Below, one piece after another: positions 52,960 to 62,514 of a stretch of DNA of 64,000 bases (position 1 is its first letter; every line of letters starts with the position of its first letter). The stretch spans positions 32,001-96,000 of IMG/VR virus record IMGVR_UViG_3300037418_002743; one strand, given 5' to 3'. A model generated the notes under the pieces. The model made no database searches and had not been told where the DNA came from. It worked only from the letters and a program-made list of their open reading frames with translations. Position numbers and translations under genes: made by a program. The stretch is from a virus.

Positions 52960-53544
52960 TCAGCCCGCCGCGGGCGGTGCCGGCGGCTCCGCGGGCACGG
53001 CGGCGCCGGTGACGGCGGGCTGCTCGATCGTCGCCTCGACGTCCGGCACCGGTGCCGGCGCGGGAGCCGGAGCCGCCGCAGCGGCCGCCTCCGGGGCGAA
53101 GCCGGTCGACGTGGTGAAGGTGCCGAGCGGGATCGACGCCGGGGGCGCGGAGGTAACGACCGGGAGCGCCTGGGTCGCCTCGACCGGGGCCGGAGTGACG
53201 GCCTCGGCGACCGCGGCACCGGCGGCGGTGTAGCTACCGGCCGGGGCGATCGCGAGGAGCCGGTCGATCTCGGCGTAGAGCGCGGACTCGATCTGCTGCC
53301 GCACGCCGTCCCAGGTGATCCGGCCGGTCGGGGAGACCCGGGAGCGGGCGAGGAAGGCGCCGGCGGTCGCGATGACCACGCCGGCGACGGAGGCGATCGT
53401 GTCGATCGTGTGGTCCGGGATGGTGACCCAGCCGTAGCCGACGAGGGCCGTGAGGACGACGGTGACCAGGTGCGAGATCAGCACCGGCTCGTTGCCCAGC
53501 GGGCCGCTGGTCGACAGGTCGGAGTCGGAGTTCGAGGAGGTCAT
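52960..53544 (-). CDS. Holin with Pro/Ala-rich tail
   Basis: NEPVLISHLVTVVLTALVGYG...AFLARSRVSP, two TM segments, directly after the endolysin. Confidence 0.7.
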   Translation of the reverse strand: MTSSNSDSDLSTSGPLGNEPVLISHLVTVVLTALVGYGWVTIPDHTIDTIASVAGVVIATAGAFLARSRVSPTGRITWDGVRQQIESALYAEIDRLLAIAPAGSYTAAGAAVAEAVTPAPVEATQALPVVTSAPPASIPLGTFTTSTGFAPEAAAAAAPAPAPAPVPDVEATIEQPAVTGAAVPAEPPAPPAAG

Positions 53545-53557
53545 GCCAGGGTGCCTC

Positions 53558-54598
53558 TCAGCGCTCGTAGACGGTGAAGATGTGGAGCCCGCCGGGGGCT
53601 GCGACGACGAGGTCGAGCTCGTCCGCGCCGGACGGCGGAGCGATCTCCCAGCCGAGGCCGACGTACCGCTCCTGCAGGCCGGCGACGTTGATCCCCACCG
53701 GGTTGTGCGGGACGTTCGGGGTGCCGACGCCGCCGCCGGGCCGCACCCACCAGATGGCCTGCGAGATGAACCCGCCGGGCTGCGACCAGTGCAGCTTGAC
53801 GACGCACCGGCCGCCCCAGCCGTTGATCGGGTCGAAGCCGAAGGAGAGCCGCTGGGTGGGCCAGGCGCTCTTGGGCGCCTTCGGGTCGGCCGGGGCCGGG
53901 GTCTGAACGAAGATCGAGGGCATCGAGTCCTCCTCCCCGCGGGCGGGGTCGGACGGTGCCGGCCCGGGAAGCGGGGCGGCGGAGTGGAAGAGCGCGAGGA
54001 GCTGCTCACGGGTGCCGCGGAACGCGGAGGCGTCGCAGGTGTGACCGGCGACGTGCGCGGAGGCGGAGAACTGCAGCAGCCCGACGTCCGCGCCGCCGTA
54101 GCCGTCCCAGTCGCGGAGGATCACCGCGCCGTACTGGGCCGCCGCGGTGGTCTGCCGGGTCGACGGGTACCGCGACGACCAGAGCGGGAGCCCGGTCGGC
54201 GCGATGTCCGGGGATCCCTCGGTCGCCCAGTACCAGTGCGGGAGGTATCCGAGGACGACGCGGATCCCGGCCGCGCGGAAGGCGGCGAGGACCCGGATGT
54301 AGTTCGCCCAGTCCCCTCCGCCGTTCTCCCAGTCGAGGGCAACGGGGAGCGTCGGGTCCCCGAGCGCGGCGAGGCAGTTCGCGGCCTGCGCGGCGGCCGG
54401 GGACGTGTCGACGAAGTGATACCCGGCGACGATCATGCCGGCGTTCCGCGCTCCGTCGCGCTGCGCCGCCCAGCACGGGGACCGGTAGGTCGAGCCCTGG
54501 GAGACCTTCCCGATCACGAAGTCGAAGCCCTCGGCGGCGACCCGGGCCATGTTGATCCCGGCCTGGTAGTGGGAGACGTCGATACCGAAGATCGTCAC
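53558..54598 (-). CDS. Endolysin, GH25 muramidase
   Basis: FGIDVSHYQ, KVSQG, GYHF, ALDWE and LLQFS motifs. Confidence 0.9.
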   Translation of the reverse strand: MTIFGIDVSHYQAGINMARVAAEGFDFVIGKVSQGSTYRSPCWAAQRDGARNAGMIVAGYHFVDTSPAAAQAANCLAALGDPTLPVALDWENGGGDWANYIRVLAAFRAAGIRVVLGYLPHWYWATEGSPDIAPTGLPLWSSRYPSTRQTTAAAQYGAVILRDWDGYGGADVGLLQFSASAHVAGHTCDASAFRGTREQLLALFHSAAPLPGPAPSDPARGEEDSMPSIFVQTPAPADPKAPKSAWPTQRLSFGFDPINGWGGRCVVKLHWSQPGGFISQAIWWVRPGGGVGTPNVPHNPVGINVAGLQERYVGLGWEIAPPSGADELDLVVAAPGGLHIFTVYER

Positions 54599-54611
54599 GG
54601 GGGACCTCCGA

Positions 54612-55787
54612 TCACCGGCACTGCTCGACGTTGAAGCGGCAGCGCACGTCGTCCTGGTCCACCGGGGTGCTGTGGTCGGAGTCGGCGTCGTGGTAGCCCT
54701 GCACCTGGATCACGTCGCCCGCCTGCAGCTGCACGGTGACCGGGATCGAGGACACGCAGTTCCAGCCACCGACGATCGCGCCCTGGTAGCAGACGGAGCC
54801 GACGATCGGGGAGCCGTTGAGCAGGAGCCGCACCCCGACGCCCTGGACGCACCCGGACAGGCCGGGGAGCGCGAGCCCACCGGTGATCCGGTAGTTCCCG
54901 GTGCGGCGACAGCGGAAGATCGACCGGTCGAAGCGGTCACGGCCGGAGTCCGTGTCGATCGAGACGGTGTCGAAGGTCAGCGTGACCCACGTGCCGCGGA
55001 CGATGATCTGCGTGACCGACTGGAATGCCGTGAACTGGGAGAGCTTGATCAGTCCGGACCAGGTGCCGGGCGTGCCGCCCTGCACACACACCCAGATGCC
55101 GCCGGTCTGGTCGATCACGAAGTCGCCGACGTAGTAGGTGCCCTGGGTGGGCGGGCCCGACGTCGTGCCGCCGACGAACCGCGACGGCGCCGAGGCGCCG
55201 ATCAGGAGCATCGGCTGCCCGATCGCGGGGGCGTGCGCGGAGCGCCAGTAGCCGGGCGACCCGGACTGGAAGCACACCCAGATCTCGCCGGTCTGGTCGA
55301 TCACGAAGTCGCCGGCCTGGAAGGTGCCGGAGGCCGGGGAGCCGGCGACCGTGCCGCCGACGAAGCGGGCGCCCGCGGTCGCCCCGGGCAGCGCTGCCGG
55401 GGTGCCGGCGACGTTCGCCCACTGCACGCCGTTGGGGGTGCCGGAGAGGGCCTGCAGGACCTGCCCGTCGGAGCCGACCGGGAGCCGCGCGAGCTGCCCG
55501 GCGCCGGAGCCGATGAGCAGGTCTCCCTTGGCCTGCGCGATCGAGGCAGGGGTGACGTTGAGCTGGATCCACCCGGAGCCGTAGTCGTAGTAGACCGCGC
55601 CGGAGTCGGTCGAGTAGTAGATCCGGCCGTGCTGCCCGGCCGCGGGCCGCGCGCCCGCGGTGCCCTCCGAGTACGTCATCGCGATCCCGTCGAGGGCGTT
55701 CGCGAGGCGCTGGATGTCCGCCGGGACGTTCGTCGGGTCGGATCCGACCGGGTAGGGGAGCGCCAGGCGGCTCGTGCTGCTACCCAC
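54612..55787 (-). CDS. Tail fibre/receptor-binding protein with C1q-like C-terminus
   Basis: LALPYP N-terminus, AKGDLLIG...RLPVGSDGQVL, two RFVGGT repeats, C-terminal LQAGDVIQVQGY. Confidence 0.75.
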   Translation of the reverse strand: MGSSTSRLALPYPVGSDPTNVPADIQRLANALDGIAMTYSEGTAGARPAAGQHGRIYYSTDSGAVYYDYGSGWIQLNVTPASIAQAKGDLLIGSGAGQLARLPVGSDGQVLQALSGTPNGVQWANVAGTPAALPGATAGARFVGGTVAGSPASGTFQAGDFVIDQTGEIWVCFQSGSPGYWRSAHAPAIGQPMLLIGASAPSRFVGGTTSGPPTQGTYYVGDFVIDQTGGIWVCVQGGTPGTWSGLIKLSQFTAFQSVTQIIVRGTWVTLTFDTVSIDTDSGRDRFDRSIFRCRRTGNYRITGGLALPGLSGCVQGVGVRLLLNGSPIVGSVCYQGAIVGGWNCVSSIPVTVQLQAGDVIQVQGYHDADSDHSTPVDQDDVRCRFNVEQCR

Positions 55788-55871
55788 GTGTGCTTCCTCC
55801 TCAGGGGTGCCCGCACGGCAGCGCGCCCCCGTGACGGATCACGAGGGCGCGCTGGCGGGAAGGGGTTGGGG

Positions 55872-58289
55872 TCAGCCGGAGAGCGACTGGATCTCGATGC
55901 CGATCATCGAGGCCTTCTGCCCGGTCGGGGACGACAGGCCGAAGGTGTAGGTGCCGGGCGTCGACGCGGGCTGGTAGGCGTACCAGCCGGTGTAGCCGGA
56001 CACGTACTGGTGGCCCGCCTCGACGGTGCCGGTGCCGCGGTAGTTCGGCGTGCCCTGCTTGGTATTCCAGTCCGAGGCGCACCAGGCGATGACGGACGCG
56101 CCGCCCTCGGTCGTGATCGACTGCGAGACGCTGGTGTTGCTCTGGCTGTACCCGAGGGCCGGGGTGGCGTCGAGCTGGGCGTTCGCCCAGCGCATCACTC
56201 CGATGCCGTGGGAGGCGCCGGAGCCGCCGAAGGTCACCGAGACCGTCATCGAGGCGGGCGGGGTGTTCGGCACGACGGCCGTCCACATCCGGACCGGGTC
56301 GTTGAACGAGGCGGTGAGGCTCACCCGCGAGTTCCAGGTGAGCCCGCCGCCGGAGACGCCGGTGACCTGGCAGGGCGAGTCTCCGGAGGTGCCCCACACG
56401 ACGAGGACCTCCCCGGCGGCCGGGGAGAACGAGGTCGTGGTGATCGTCGAGAGGTCGGAGTTGTTGGTGAAGGGGTCGTAGAAGCCGACGAGCTGCGGCA
56501 GCGAGTGCACCACCGCGGTCCCGCCCAGAGAGCCGGCCCCGGCGAGGGTCGCGACCTCGTACATGGAGTTGTCCGGGGAGCCGGAGAGCGCGCCGGCCCC
56601 GGCGAGCTGCGCGGAGTGCACCACCGCCGAGTAGCTGAGCGCGCCCTGCAGGGAGCCCGCGCCGAGCATCGCCGTGGGCCCGTACTTCGTGAGCGTGCCG
56701 GCGAGGGCGCCGGCACCGGAGAGCAGCGCCGAGGACCAGGACGCGAAGGCGCCGGAGAGCGCGCCGGCGCCGCGGAGGAGAGCCGAGCTCCAGGAGGCGA
56801 AGGCCCCGGAGAGCGCGCCGGAACCGATGAGGGTCGCGTTGCCCTGCAGGATGACGTTCGCGATCAGCCCGGCGGGCTTCGCGGCGAGCACCGCGGCCTT
56901 GACCTGTGCGAGCGACACCGACAGCGCCTGATAGGTGCCGTACTGGCTGGCGAAGCTCGAGTAGCTCGGGAACGAGACCGCGACATCCGCGTAGGTCCGC
57001 GCGCTCACCTGGTTGTCGAAGACCCGGACGGTGATCGTGTAGGCGTCGCCGTCCCGCTCGGTGATCGTCGCGGTCTGGCCCACCTTGAGGTACTTGTTCG
57101 CGGCCGCCTGGATCGCGGCGAGGGTGCCGCGGGCGAACCCGCCTTCCCCGGTGAGCTGGGCACGCTGCTGGGCGTCGGGGAGCCCGGGGTCGACGGGGAC
57201 ACCGACGAACTGCCCGAGCCAGGGCAGGACGTACGTCGGGGCGCGCGTCGGGTCGAGGACCTGGGACCAGCCGGGGTCACCGGCCGGGGAGTCCCGACAC
57301 AGGTCATCGAGGGTCTGGAGCATCTGCCCGGCCGCGGCGTCGACGTACGTGCGGAGCGGGTAGCCCGCCGCGTCGTCGCCGGCGTTGATCGGCCACAGCT
57401 CGTTGTAGAGCGTGAGCCCGGCCTTCGTCGGCGGCTGGGGCTGGAACGGAGGCGGCGGGGGCGGCGCCTCCGTGGCAGGCGCGGGCGGGGTCCCGGCGCC
57501 CGGGTAGCCGAGCATCGTGCCGGAGCCCTGCAGGGAGATCGAGGGCGGGGCGGCCGACTTGAGCACCGCGGACCCGGACAGGGAGCCGGAGCCCTGCAGG
57601 GTCGCGGCGGCGAGGGTCGTGACGGTCTTCGAGCCGCCGGTGTCGTCGGTGGTCGTGGTGACCACGGCGACGAGGACCGCGATCGCGTACGAGGTCGACG
57701 GGAAGTTGAGCCGCGCGGTGGGCTGCAGAGTGTCCGACGTGTTCGTGTCGAACAGCGTCATGTCGTACGCGGCGTTGGTCACGTACGTGACGCCGGGGGT
57801 CGGGTTGCTCGGCGCGGAGGCGTCGCCGGTGCCGAGGCCATGCCCGAAGTACAGCTCGCCGTCGATCTGCGGAGAGAGCGACGGGAAGGTCAGCGTCGAG
57901 CTGAACGACGTGGTCGTGATGCCGGCCCAGTCGTCGAGCTGCCAGGCCGTCGCGGAGCCGAGGCCGGCGGTGAACTCCTGGGCGTCGAGCTCGACGTAGG
58001 TGCCGGAGACGGAGGAGTCGAAGGTGACGACGATCGTGTCGGAGCCGATGCTCGACACCGCGGCGCCCCAGATCTCCAGGTTGTCGTGATGCCCGACCGG
58101 GTTGAACGGTCCGGCGAGGCGGAGCCAGCCGCCCGCGGCACGGTTGGAGGTCACGGCGGTGACCTGGGCCCCGTTGGTCGCCTGCACGGACAGCAGCACG
58201 AGGTTCCCGACCGCGTGCGTGGTGATCGAGCGGCGGGTGACCCCGTAGGCCGCGACGCTCTGCAGAGATCCGACCGCGCTGATACCCAC
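55872..58289 (-). CDS. Baseplate wedge/tail protein (P2 gpI-like core) with appended beta domains
   Basis: LDPTRAP..VLPWLGQFVGV...RGTLAAI...AAKPAG; follows baseplate J. Confidence 0.75.
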   Translation of the reverse strand: MGISAVGSLQSVAAYGVTRRSITTHAVGNLVLLSVQATNGAQVTAVTSNRAAGGWLRLAGPFNPVGHHDNLEIWGAAVSSIGSDTIVVTFDSSVSGTYVELDAQEFTAGLGSATAWQLDDWAGITTTSFSSTLTFPSLSPQIDGELYFGHGLGTGDASAPSNPTPGVTYVTNAAYDMTLFDTNTSDTLQPTARLNFPSTSYAIAVLVAVVTTTTDDTGGSKTVTTLAAATLQGSGSLSGSAVLKSAAPPSISLQGSGTMLGYPGAGTPPAPATEAPPPPPPFQPQPPTKAGLTLYNELWPINAGDDAAGYPLRTYVDAAAGQMLQTLDDLCRDSPAGDPGWSQVLDPTRAPTYVLPWLGQFVGVPVDPGLPDAQQRAQLTGEGGFARGTLAAIQAAANKYLKVGQTATITERDGDAYTITVRVFDNQVSARTYADVAVSFPSYSSFASQYGTYQALSVSLAQVKAAVLAAKPAGLIANVILQGNATLIGSGALSGAFASWSSALLRGAGALSGAFASWSSALLSGAGALAGTLTKYGPTAMLGAGSLQGALSYSAVVHSAQLAGAGALSGSPDNSMYEVATLAGAGSLGGTAVVHSLPQLVGFYDPFTNNSDLSTITTTSFSPAAGEVLVVWGTSGDSPCQVTGVSGGGLTWNSRVSLTASFNDPVRMWTAVVPNTPPASMTVSVTFGGSGASHGIGVMRWANAQLDATPALGYSQSNTSVSQSITTEGGASVIAWCASDWNTKQGTPNYRGTGTVEAGHQYVSGYTGWYAYQPASTPGTYTFGLSSPTGQKASMIGIEIQSLSG

Positions 58290-58345
58290 GCGCGCCCCAC
58301 CTCGCCCTCAGGTTGCTGGTGTGGAGGGGCGCGCGCCCCGCGTAC

Positions 58346-59521
58346 TCAGGTGACGGTGATCGTGATCGAGCCGGGCTGGGTGAGCGGGAAGGCCCCGGTG
58401 AGGTTGCCGTCCGCGGCCGCCATCGCGCCCGCATTCACCCCGATCTGGAGGTTCGACACGTACGAGACGTTCGGGATGTTGTCGAGGATCCCGGCGATCG
58501 TCAGGTACCGGACGACGGTCTGGTTCGTCCAGGCCGGAGCGGGGCCGCCCCAGTTCGCCGGGGAGAGGTAGGACTGCAGCGCGGTCGTCGCGGCCGATGA
58601 CACGGTCGCGGTGTTCGCCCCGCTCACCGCCTTGAGCGTCGCGGTGATGTTGACCGTGTTGTAGTTCGGCGCCGCGACCCCGACAACGAAGTTCGCCTCC
58701 CGCAGCGCCTGCAGGGAGGTGGCGATCGCGGACATCTGTCCGGAAGAGAGCGCCGCCCCGTTGGCGTCGACGACGGACACCCCGACGGTCCGGGAGTTCC
58801 CCGACGTGCCGTTGCTGGTGTTGTAGCCGTCGATCGCCGTCGCCCGGGCCACGCCGGACTGGTTGCGGGCGAGGACCGCGAAGTCGTTCGGGAGGATCGG
58901 GCGCGGGCTCATCAGCTGGAGCTCGGCCGCGAGCCGGTCGAGGTACGCGCTCTGGCTCTCCGCGTCCGTGCCGCCGGCGGAGGTCGTGGTGGACACGACG
59001 GAGGCGACGAAGGACAGGTTGCTCACCAGGGACAGCGCGCGCGGGGCGAGCCCGTTCGCGTCCGCCCCGGCGGTGATCGCGGTCAGGACGACCGCGCCGG
59101 TGCCCGTCGCGTTCGACCCGGCCGGGACGGTGATGTCCGCGGTGGTCTGGAACAGGACGTTCGTCGTCGACGCGGCCGGGTAGGACACGACCGTGCCCGC
59201 CGGGATGAGGTGCCCCTGCGTGTCGGTGAGCGTGAAGGTCGCGTTCATCGAGGCCGCGGATCCGGTGAGCGGCGGCAGGTTCATCAGCTGTGAGCCGTAG
59301 TACTGGAAGATCGAGAGCGGGACCTGCGCGGCCACCTGCGCGGTCTCCGCGCACATCCGGGCGAAGGCCCGGATCATCCACACCTCGAGGTGGCCCTCTC
59401 GGGCGACCCAGCCGGGCTGCTGCTGCGCGAGGTAGGTGAGCGCGTTGGTCGCCAGAGTGTCGGCGTCCGTCGTGACCGGCAGGGCGATGTAGCCGGCGGA
59501 CCCGGAAACGGGGCTGGTCAC
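58346..59521 (-). CDS. Baseplate J/gp47 protein
   Basis: IPAGTVV...AITAGADANG...GGTDAESQSAYLDRL. Confidence 0.88.
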   Translation of the reverse strand: MTSPVSGSAGYIALPVTTDADTLATNALTYLAQQQPGWVAREGHLEVWMIRAFARMCAETAQVAAQVPLSIFQYYGSQLMNLPPLTGSAASMNATFTLTDTQGHLIPAGTVVSYPAASTTNVLFQTTADITVPAGSNATGTGAVVLTAITAGADANGLAPRALSLVSNLSFVASVVSTTTSAGGTDAESQSAYLDRLAAELQLMSPRPILPNDFAVLARNQSGVARATAIDGYNTSNGTSGNSRTVGVSVVDANGAALSSGQMSAIATSLQALREANFVVGVAAPNYNTVNITATLKAVSGANTATVSSAATTALQSYLSPANWGGPAPAWTNQTVVRYLTIAGILDNIPNVSYVSNLQIGVNAGAMAAADGNLTGAFPLTQPGSITITVT

Positions 59522-59832
59522 GGGCGCACCTCGTCAGGGATCTTGGCGATGATCTGGGCGGAGCCGTCCGGGTTGACGGTCACCGTGAGCCGGGTCCCGT
59601 TCGCCCGCGTCTCCCACTTGGCGAGGGCCTGGGTGATGTCGGCGACCGCCCGGGACTCGCTGGAGAAGGTCGGGTCGGGGATCCCGTAGTCCATCTGCTC
59701 GATCCGCGTCCCGGTCGGCGTGGAGAGCAGGACCTGCACGCACTGCGAGATCTCCGCGACGGAGTCCTGCGGGACGGTGGCGGCCGACCCGGTCGGGTCA
59801 TAGCGGAACGGGATCGCGAAGTGCTCGGGCAT
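59518..59832 (-). CDS. GPW/gp25 baseplate wedge protein
   Basis: QCVQVLLSTPTGTRIEQMDYGI...ALAKWETR. Confidence 0.85.
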   Translation of the reverse strand: MPEHFAIPFRYDPTGSAATVPQDSVAEISQCVQVLLSTPTGTRIEQMDYGIPDPTFSSESRAVADITQALAKWETRANGTRLTVTVNPDGSAQIIAKIPDEVRP

Positions 59833-59844
59833 GAGTCCCTCCGG

Positions 59845-60225
59845 TCAGTGGCCGTGGCCGTGGCCGAAACCGACCGGGGTCGTGCCGTCAACCGGAGCCG
59901 GGAACGGGATCTCGATGCCCAGCCGCGGCTGCGGCTTGAGCTCGTCCGGGGTGGTGCCGAGGCGGCTGGCGAGCTGGGCGTGTGCGTCGTCGTATCCGTA
60001 CCCGGGGGTGTCGAGGACGATCCACACGCTCCCGCAGCGACCACAGAGGATGTGCGGCATCTGCGAGGTGTCCCGAGCGCGGAGGACGTTGGTGTGCCGC
60101 CCGTCCGCGGGGTTCATCTGGTTCGTCCCGCTGACGACGTTCGACATGTCGAACATGTGCCCCTGCTGCTCGCACGCCTCCCCGAGGACAGCACGACGCA
60201 TCTCGTCGGTGATCTCGATCGGCAT
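59845..60225 (-). CDS. Hypothetical Cys/His protein in the baseplate cluster
   Basis: CEQQGH...CGRC. Confidence 0.6.
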   Translation of the reverse strand: MPIEITDEMRRAVLGEACEQQGHMFDMSNVVSGTNQMNPADGRHTNVLRARDTSQMPHILCGRCGSVWIVLDTPGYGYDDAHAQLASRLGTTPDELKPQPRLGIEIPFPAPVDGTTPVGFGHGHGH

Positions 60226-60233
60226 GAGTCCCC

Positions 60234-61592
60234 CTATGTCCAGATCAAGTAGTTGACCCCGATCGAGGCCTGGCGGTTGTCAAAGCCGGACCCGGAGCCC
60301 ACGGAGTTCTCGTGGATGCCGTGGTTGTGCCCGCCGTTCCAGTTCATGTTGTGGTTGTGGTCGCCGGCTGCGTCCTGGCCGTACGGCAGCCCGGAGCCGG
60401 TCGGGATCGTGCCCGAGAAGTTGTGACCACCGTGAGAGCCGCCGAAGGCGATGAAGTGGTCGTGGTCGCCGACCCCGTCGATCGTCACGCCGTGGCTGTG
60501 TGCCGGCATGTTCGCCGTCGTCAGGATCCGGGTGTCCGCGCCGACGAGCGCACCGACCGCCTCACCGGTGGCGGCGACACCGCGCGGGACGCGGCCGCGG
60601 AAGTCCGGGAGCCCGAAGGTCGTCGTGCCGTCCCCGTTGGTGAACAGTCCGGTGACGACGAGGCTGTTGGACTGGACCCACGCCCAGAGGCCGGCGTAGG
60701 TGGTGCGGGAGACCGTAGCCCCGTTCAGGAGCAGGGTGTTCGGCTTCGCGGTCGTCCGGATCGTCATCTCGAGGTCGCCGGTGGGCTTGCGGTTCGGCGG
60801 CGTCCACGTCCCGGGGGAGCCGGCGACGGTGCAGATCCACAGCACCCCGGACTGGTCGACGACGTAGTCGCCGACGACGAACGCGCCCGTGGTCGGCGGC
60901 CCGGCCGTGGTCGCCCCCACGTACCGCGACGCGGCGGTGGCGCCGGTGAGACCGGCCCCCATGTAGTTGGCCCGCCAGGTGCCCGGGGAGCCGCCGACGG
61001 TGCACACCCAGGTCGCGCCGGTGCGGTCGACGACGAAGTCCCCGACGGCAAAGGTTCCCGCCGTTGGAGCGCCGGAGGTGGTGCCGCCGACGTAGCGGGT
61101 CGCCCCGGTCGCCCCCGTGAGCCCCGCGCCCCAGTAGTTCGCCTCCCAGGTACCCGGGGAGCCGGCGACGGAGCACACCCAGGTGGCGCCCGTGCTGGAG
61201 TCGACGCAGAAGTCTCCGGCGGCGTAGGTGCCCGACGTGGGCGCACCCCCGGTGGTGCCGCCGACGAACCGGGCCGGCGTCGTCGTCCCGGTCGTGCCGG
61301 TCGCCCCGAAGAGCGTGCCCGGCTGGTCCTGCCAGGCGACAATCCACGGCTGGGTGAGGTCCGTGCCGACGAACTCGACCAGGCACGGCGTCCCGGGCGG
61401 CGGGTAGCCGGTGCCAGGCCAGGAGTACTTCGCCGGGCCAAAGGCCCAGTCCGGGTGGAAGTCCGGGATCTTCACCCGCACCCCGGAGGAGTCCGCCGAG
61501 ATCACGATCGCGGCCTGTGCACCGGGCATCGCGTCGGTGGCGTCCTGCTGCTTGTTGATCGCGTAGCCGAGATCCTTGGACACGTCACCCAC
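60234..61592 (-). CDS. Baseplate spike (gpV-like OB fold) fused to fibre repeats and a tail-collar domain
   Basis: VRVKIPD...PPPGTPCLVEF...PWIV; three RF/YVGG repeats; LNGATVSRTTYAGL...GDGTTTFGLPDFRGR; HxH motifs. Confidence 0.75.
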   Translation of the reverse strand: MGDVSKDLGYAINKQQDATDAMPGAQAAIVISADSSGVRVKIPDFHPDWAFGPAKYSWPGTGYPPPGTPCLVEFVGTDLTQPWIVAWQDQPGTLFGATGTTGTTTPARFVGGTTGGAPTSGTYAAGDFCVDSSTGATWVCSVAGSPGTWEANYWGAGLTGATGATRYVGGTTSGAPTAGTFAVGDFVVDRTGATWVCTVGGSPGTWRANYMGAGLTGATAASRYVGATTAGPPTTGAFVVGDYVVDQSGVLWICTVAGSPGTWTPPNRKPTGDLEMTIRTTAKPNTLLLNGATVSRTTYAGLWAWVQSNSLVVTGLFTNGDGTTTFGLPDFRGRVPRGVAATGEAVGALVGADTRILTTANMPAHSHGVTIDGVGDHDHFIAFGGSHGGHNFSGTIPTGSGLPYGQDAAGDHNHNMNWNGGHNHGIHENSVGSGSGFDNRQASIGVNYLIWT

Positions 61593-62514
61593 CGCTGCCT
61601 CCCGTCCCGCTCGAGGTGGACGAAGACGACCCGGAGGTGCTGGTGGTGTCCTGCTGCACCGGCTCCGGGAGCTCGGGCTGCGCCTGGATGAGCGTGACGC
61701 CGGTCGACTTGAGGAAGAGGCTGCGGCTGATCGCGGAGACCAGCCAGTCGCCCGTGGCGGCCGCGAGGTGCTGCACCGCGACGTGAGCGCCGATCCCGGC
61801 GAGCCAGGTGTCGGAGTAGGTCGTGACCTTCGCCGTCGCGACCGGCTTGCCGACGTCGAAGTCGAAGTCGATCGTGTCGACCGCGTCGGTGTACTCCGCG
61901 ATCTGCATCGCCGGGGCCTGCTTGAGCAGCCAGGAGTCCGGTCCGAACCACACGTTCACCCCGTCGGAGAAGCACCGGTACTGCACGTCTCCGGCGATGC
62001 GGGTCAGGCAGGCCCAGGTGTCTTCGTCGGGGGTCTGGGAGGTGCCGCGGGTGAGCGGCACGGTCGCGGTGGGCTCCCCGGTCGCGACCTTCGCGGGCAC
62101 CCCGGCGGCGCGGAGCAGCTGCGCGGCGAACTGCTCCCGGGTGATGACCCCGGCCGCGGCCGCGAGCTGCCCCTTCTGCTTGCGGAGCTTCGCGATCACG
62201 GAGTCCTCGTAGGTGACCGCGAGCATGTCGCCGCTCTTGGACACCTTCACCATCGTGAAGCGCCGCGGCGGGTTCGCGCCCGTGTCGATCGTCATCGCCT
62301 GGTTGAGCAGCGGCGACGAGAGCAGCTTGCGCTCCGGGTCGACGAAGGTCAGCTTGAGCGTGGACGCCTGGTCGATCGCGAGGCTGATCTCGGCGTTGGA
62401 GAGCAGGTCGCCGGCGTACGAGGAGATCAGCTTCCCGTTGTCGGCGACGGTCATCATCTCGGCCCGGATGCCGTCGAGGGCCGGCGTGGTGGTCGCACCG
62501 AGCGGGGCGGTCAC
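61585..62514 (-). CDS. Baseplate hub (gpD/XkdQ-like)
   Basis: Lies between the LysM and spike genes; ASTLKLTF, EDTWACLTRIA and GDWLVSAISRS motifs. Confidence 0.7.
   Translation of the reverse strand: MTAPLGATTTPALDGIRAEMMTVADNGKLISSYAGDLLSNAEISLAIDQASTLKLTFVDPERKLLSSPLLNQAMTIDTGANPPRRFTMVKVSKSGDMLAVTYEDSVIAKLRKQKGQLAAAAGVITREQFAAQLLRAAGVPAKVATGEPTATVPLTRGTSQTPDEDTWACLTRIAGDVQYRCFSDGVNVWFGPDSWLLKQAPAMQIAEYTDAVDTIDFDFDVGKPVATAKVTTYSDTWLAGIGAHVAVQHLAAATGDWLVSAISRSLFLKSTGVTLIQAQPELPEPVQQDTTSTSGSSSSTSSGTGGSGG

Noticed and set aside
54672-58571. 1299-aa plus-strand ORF and other long plus-strand ORFs (e.g. 22145..24010, 29441..31579, 37913..40192, 39960..42092)
   Set aside because: Antisense shadows of recognisable minus-strand genes; stop codons are rare at this GC content and the translations lack motifs
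54900-61300. Tail-fibre repeats as diversity-generating retroelement TR/VR or an invertible shufflon
   Set aside because: No reverse transcriptase or invertase seen; all copies are in-frame coding, in the same orientation, and differences are not adenine-specific
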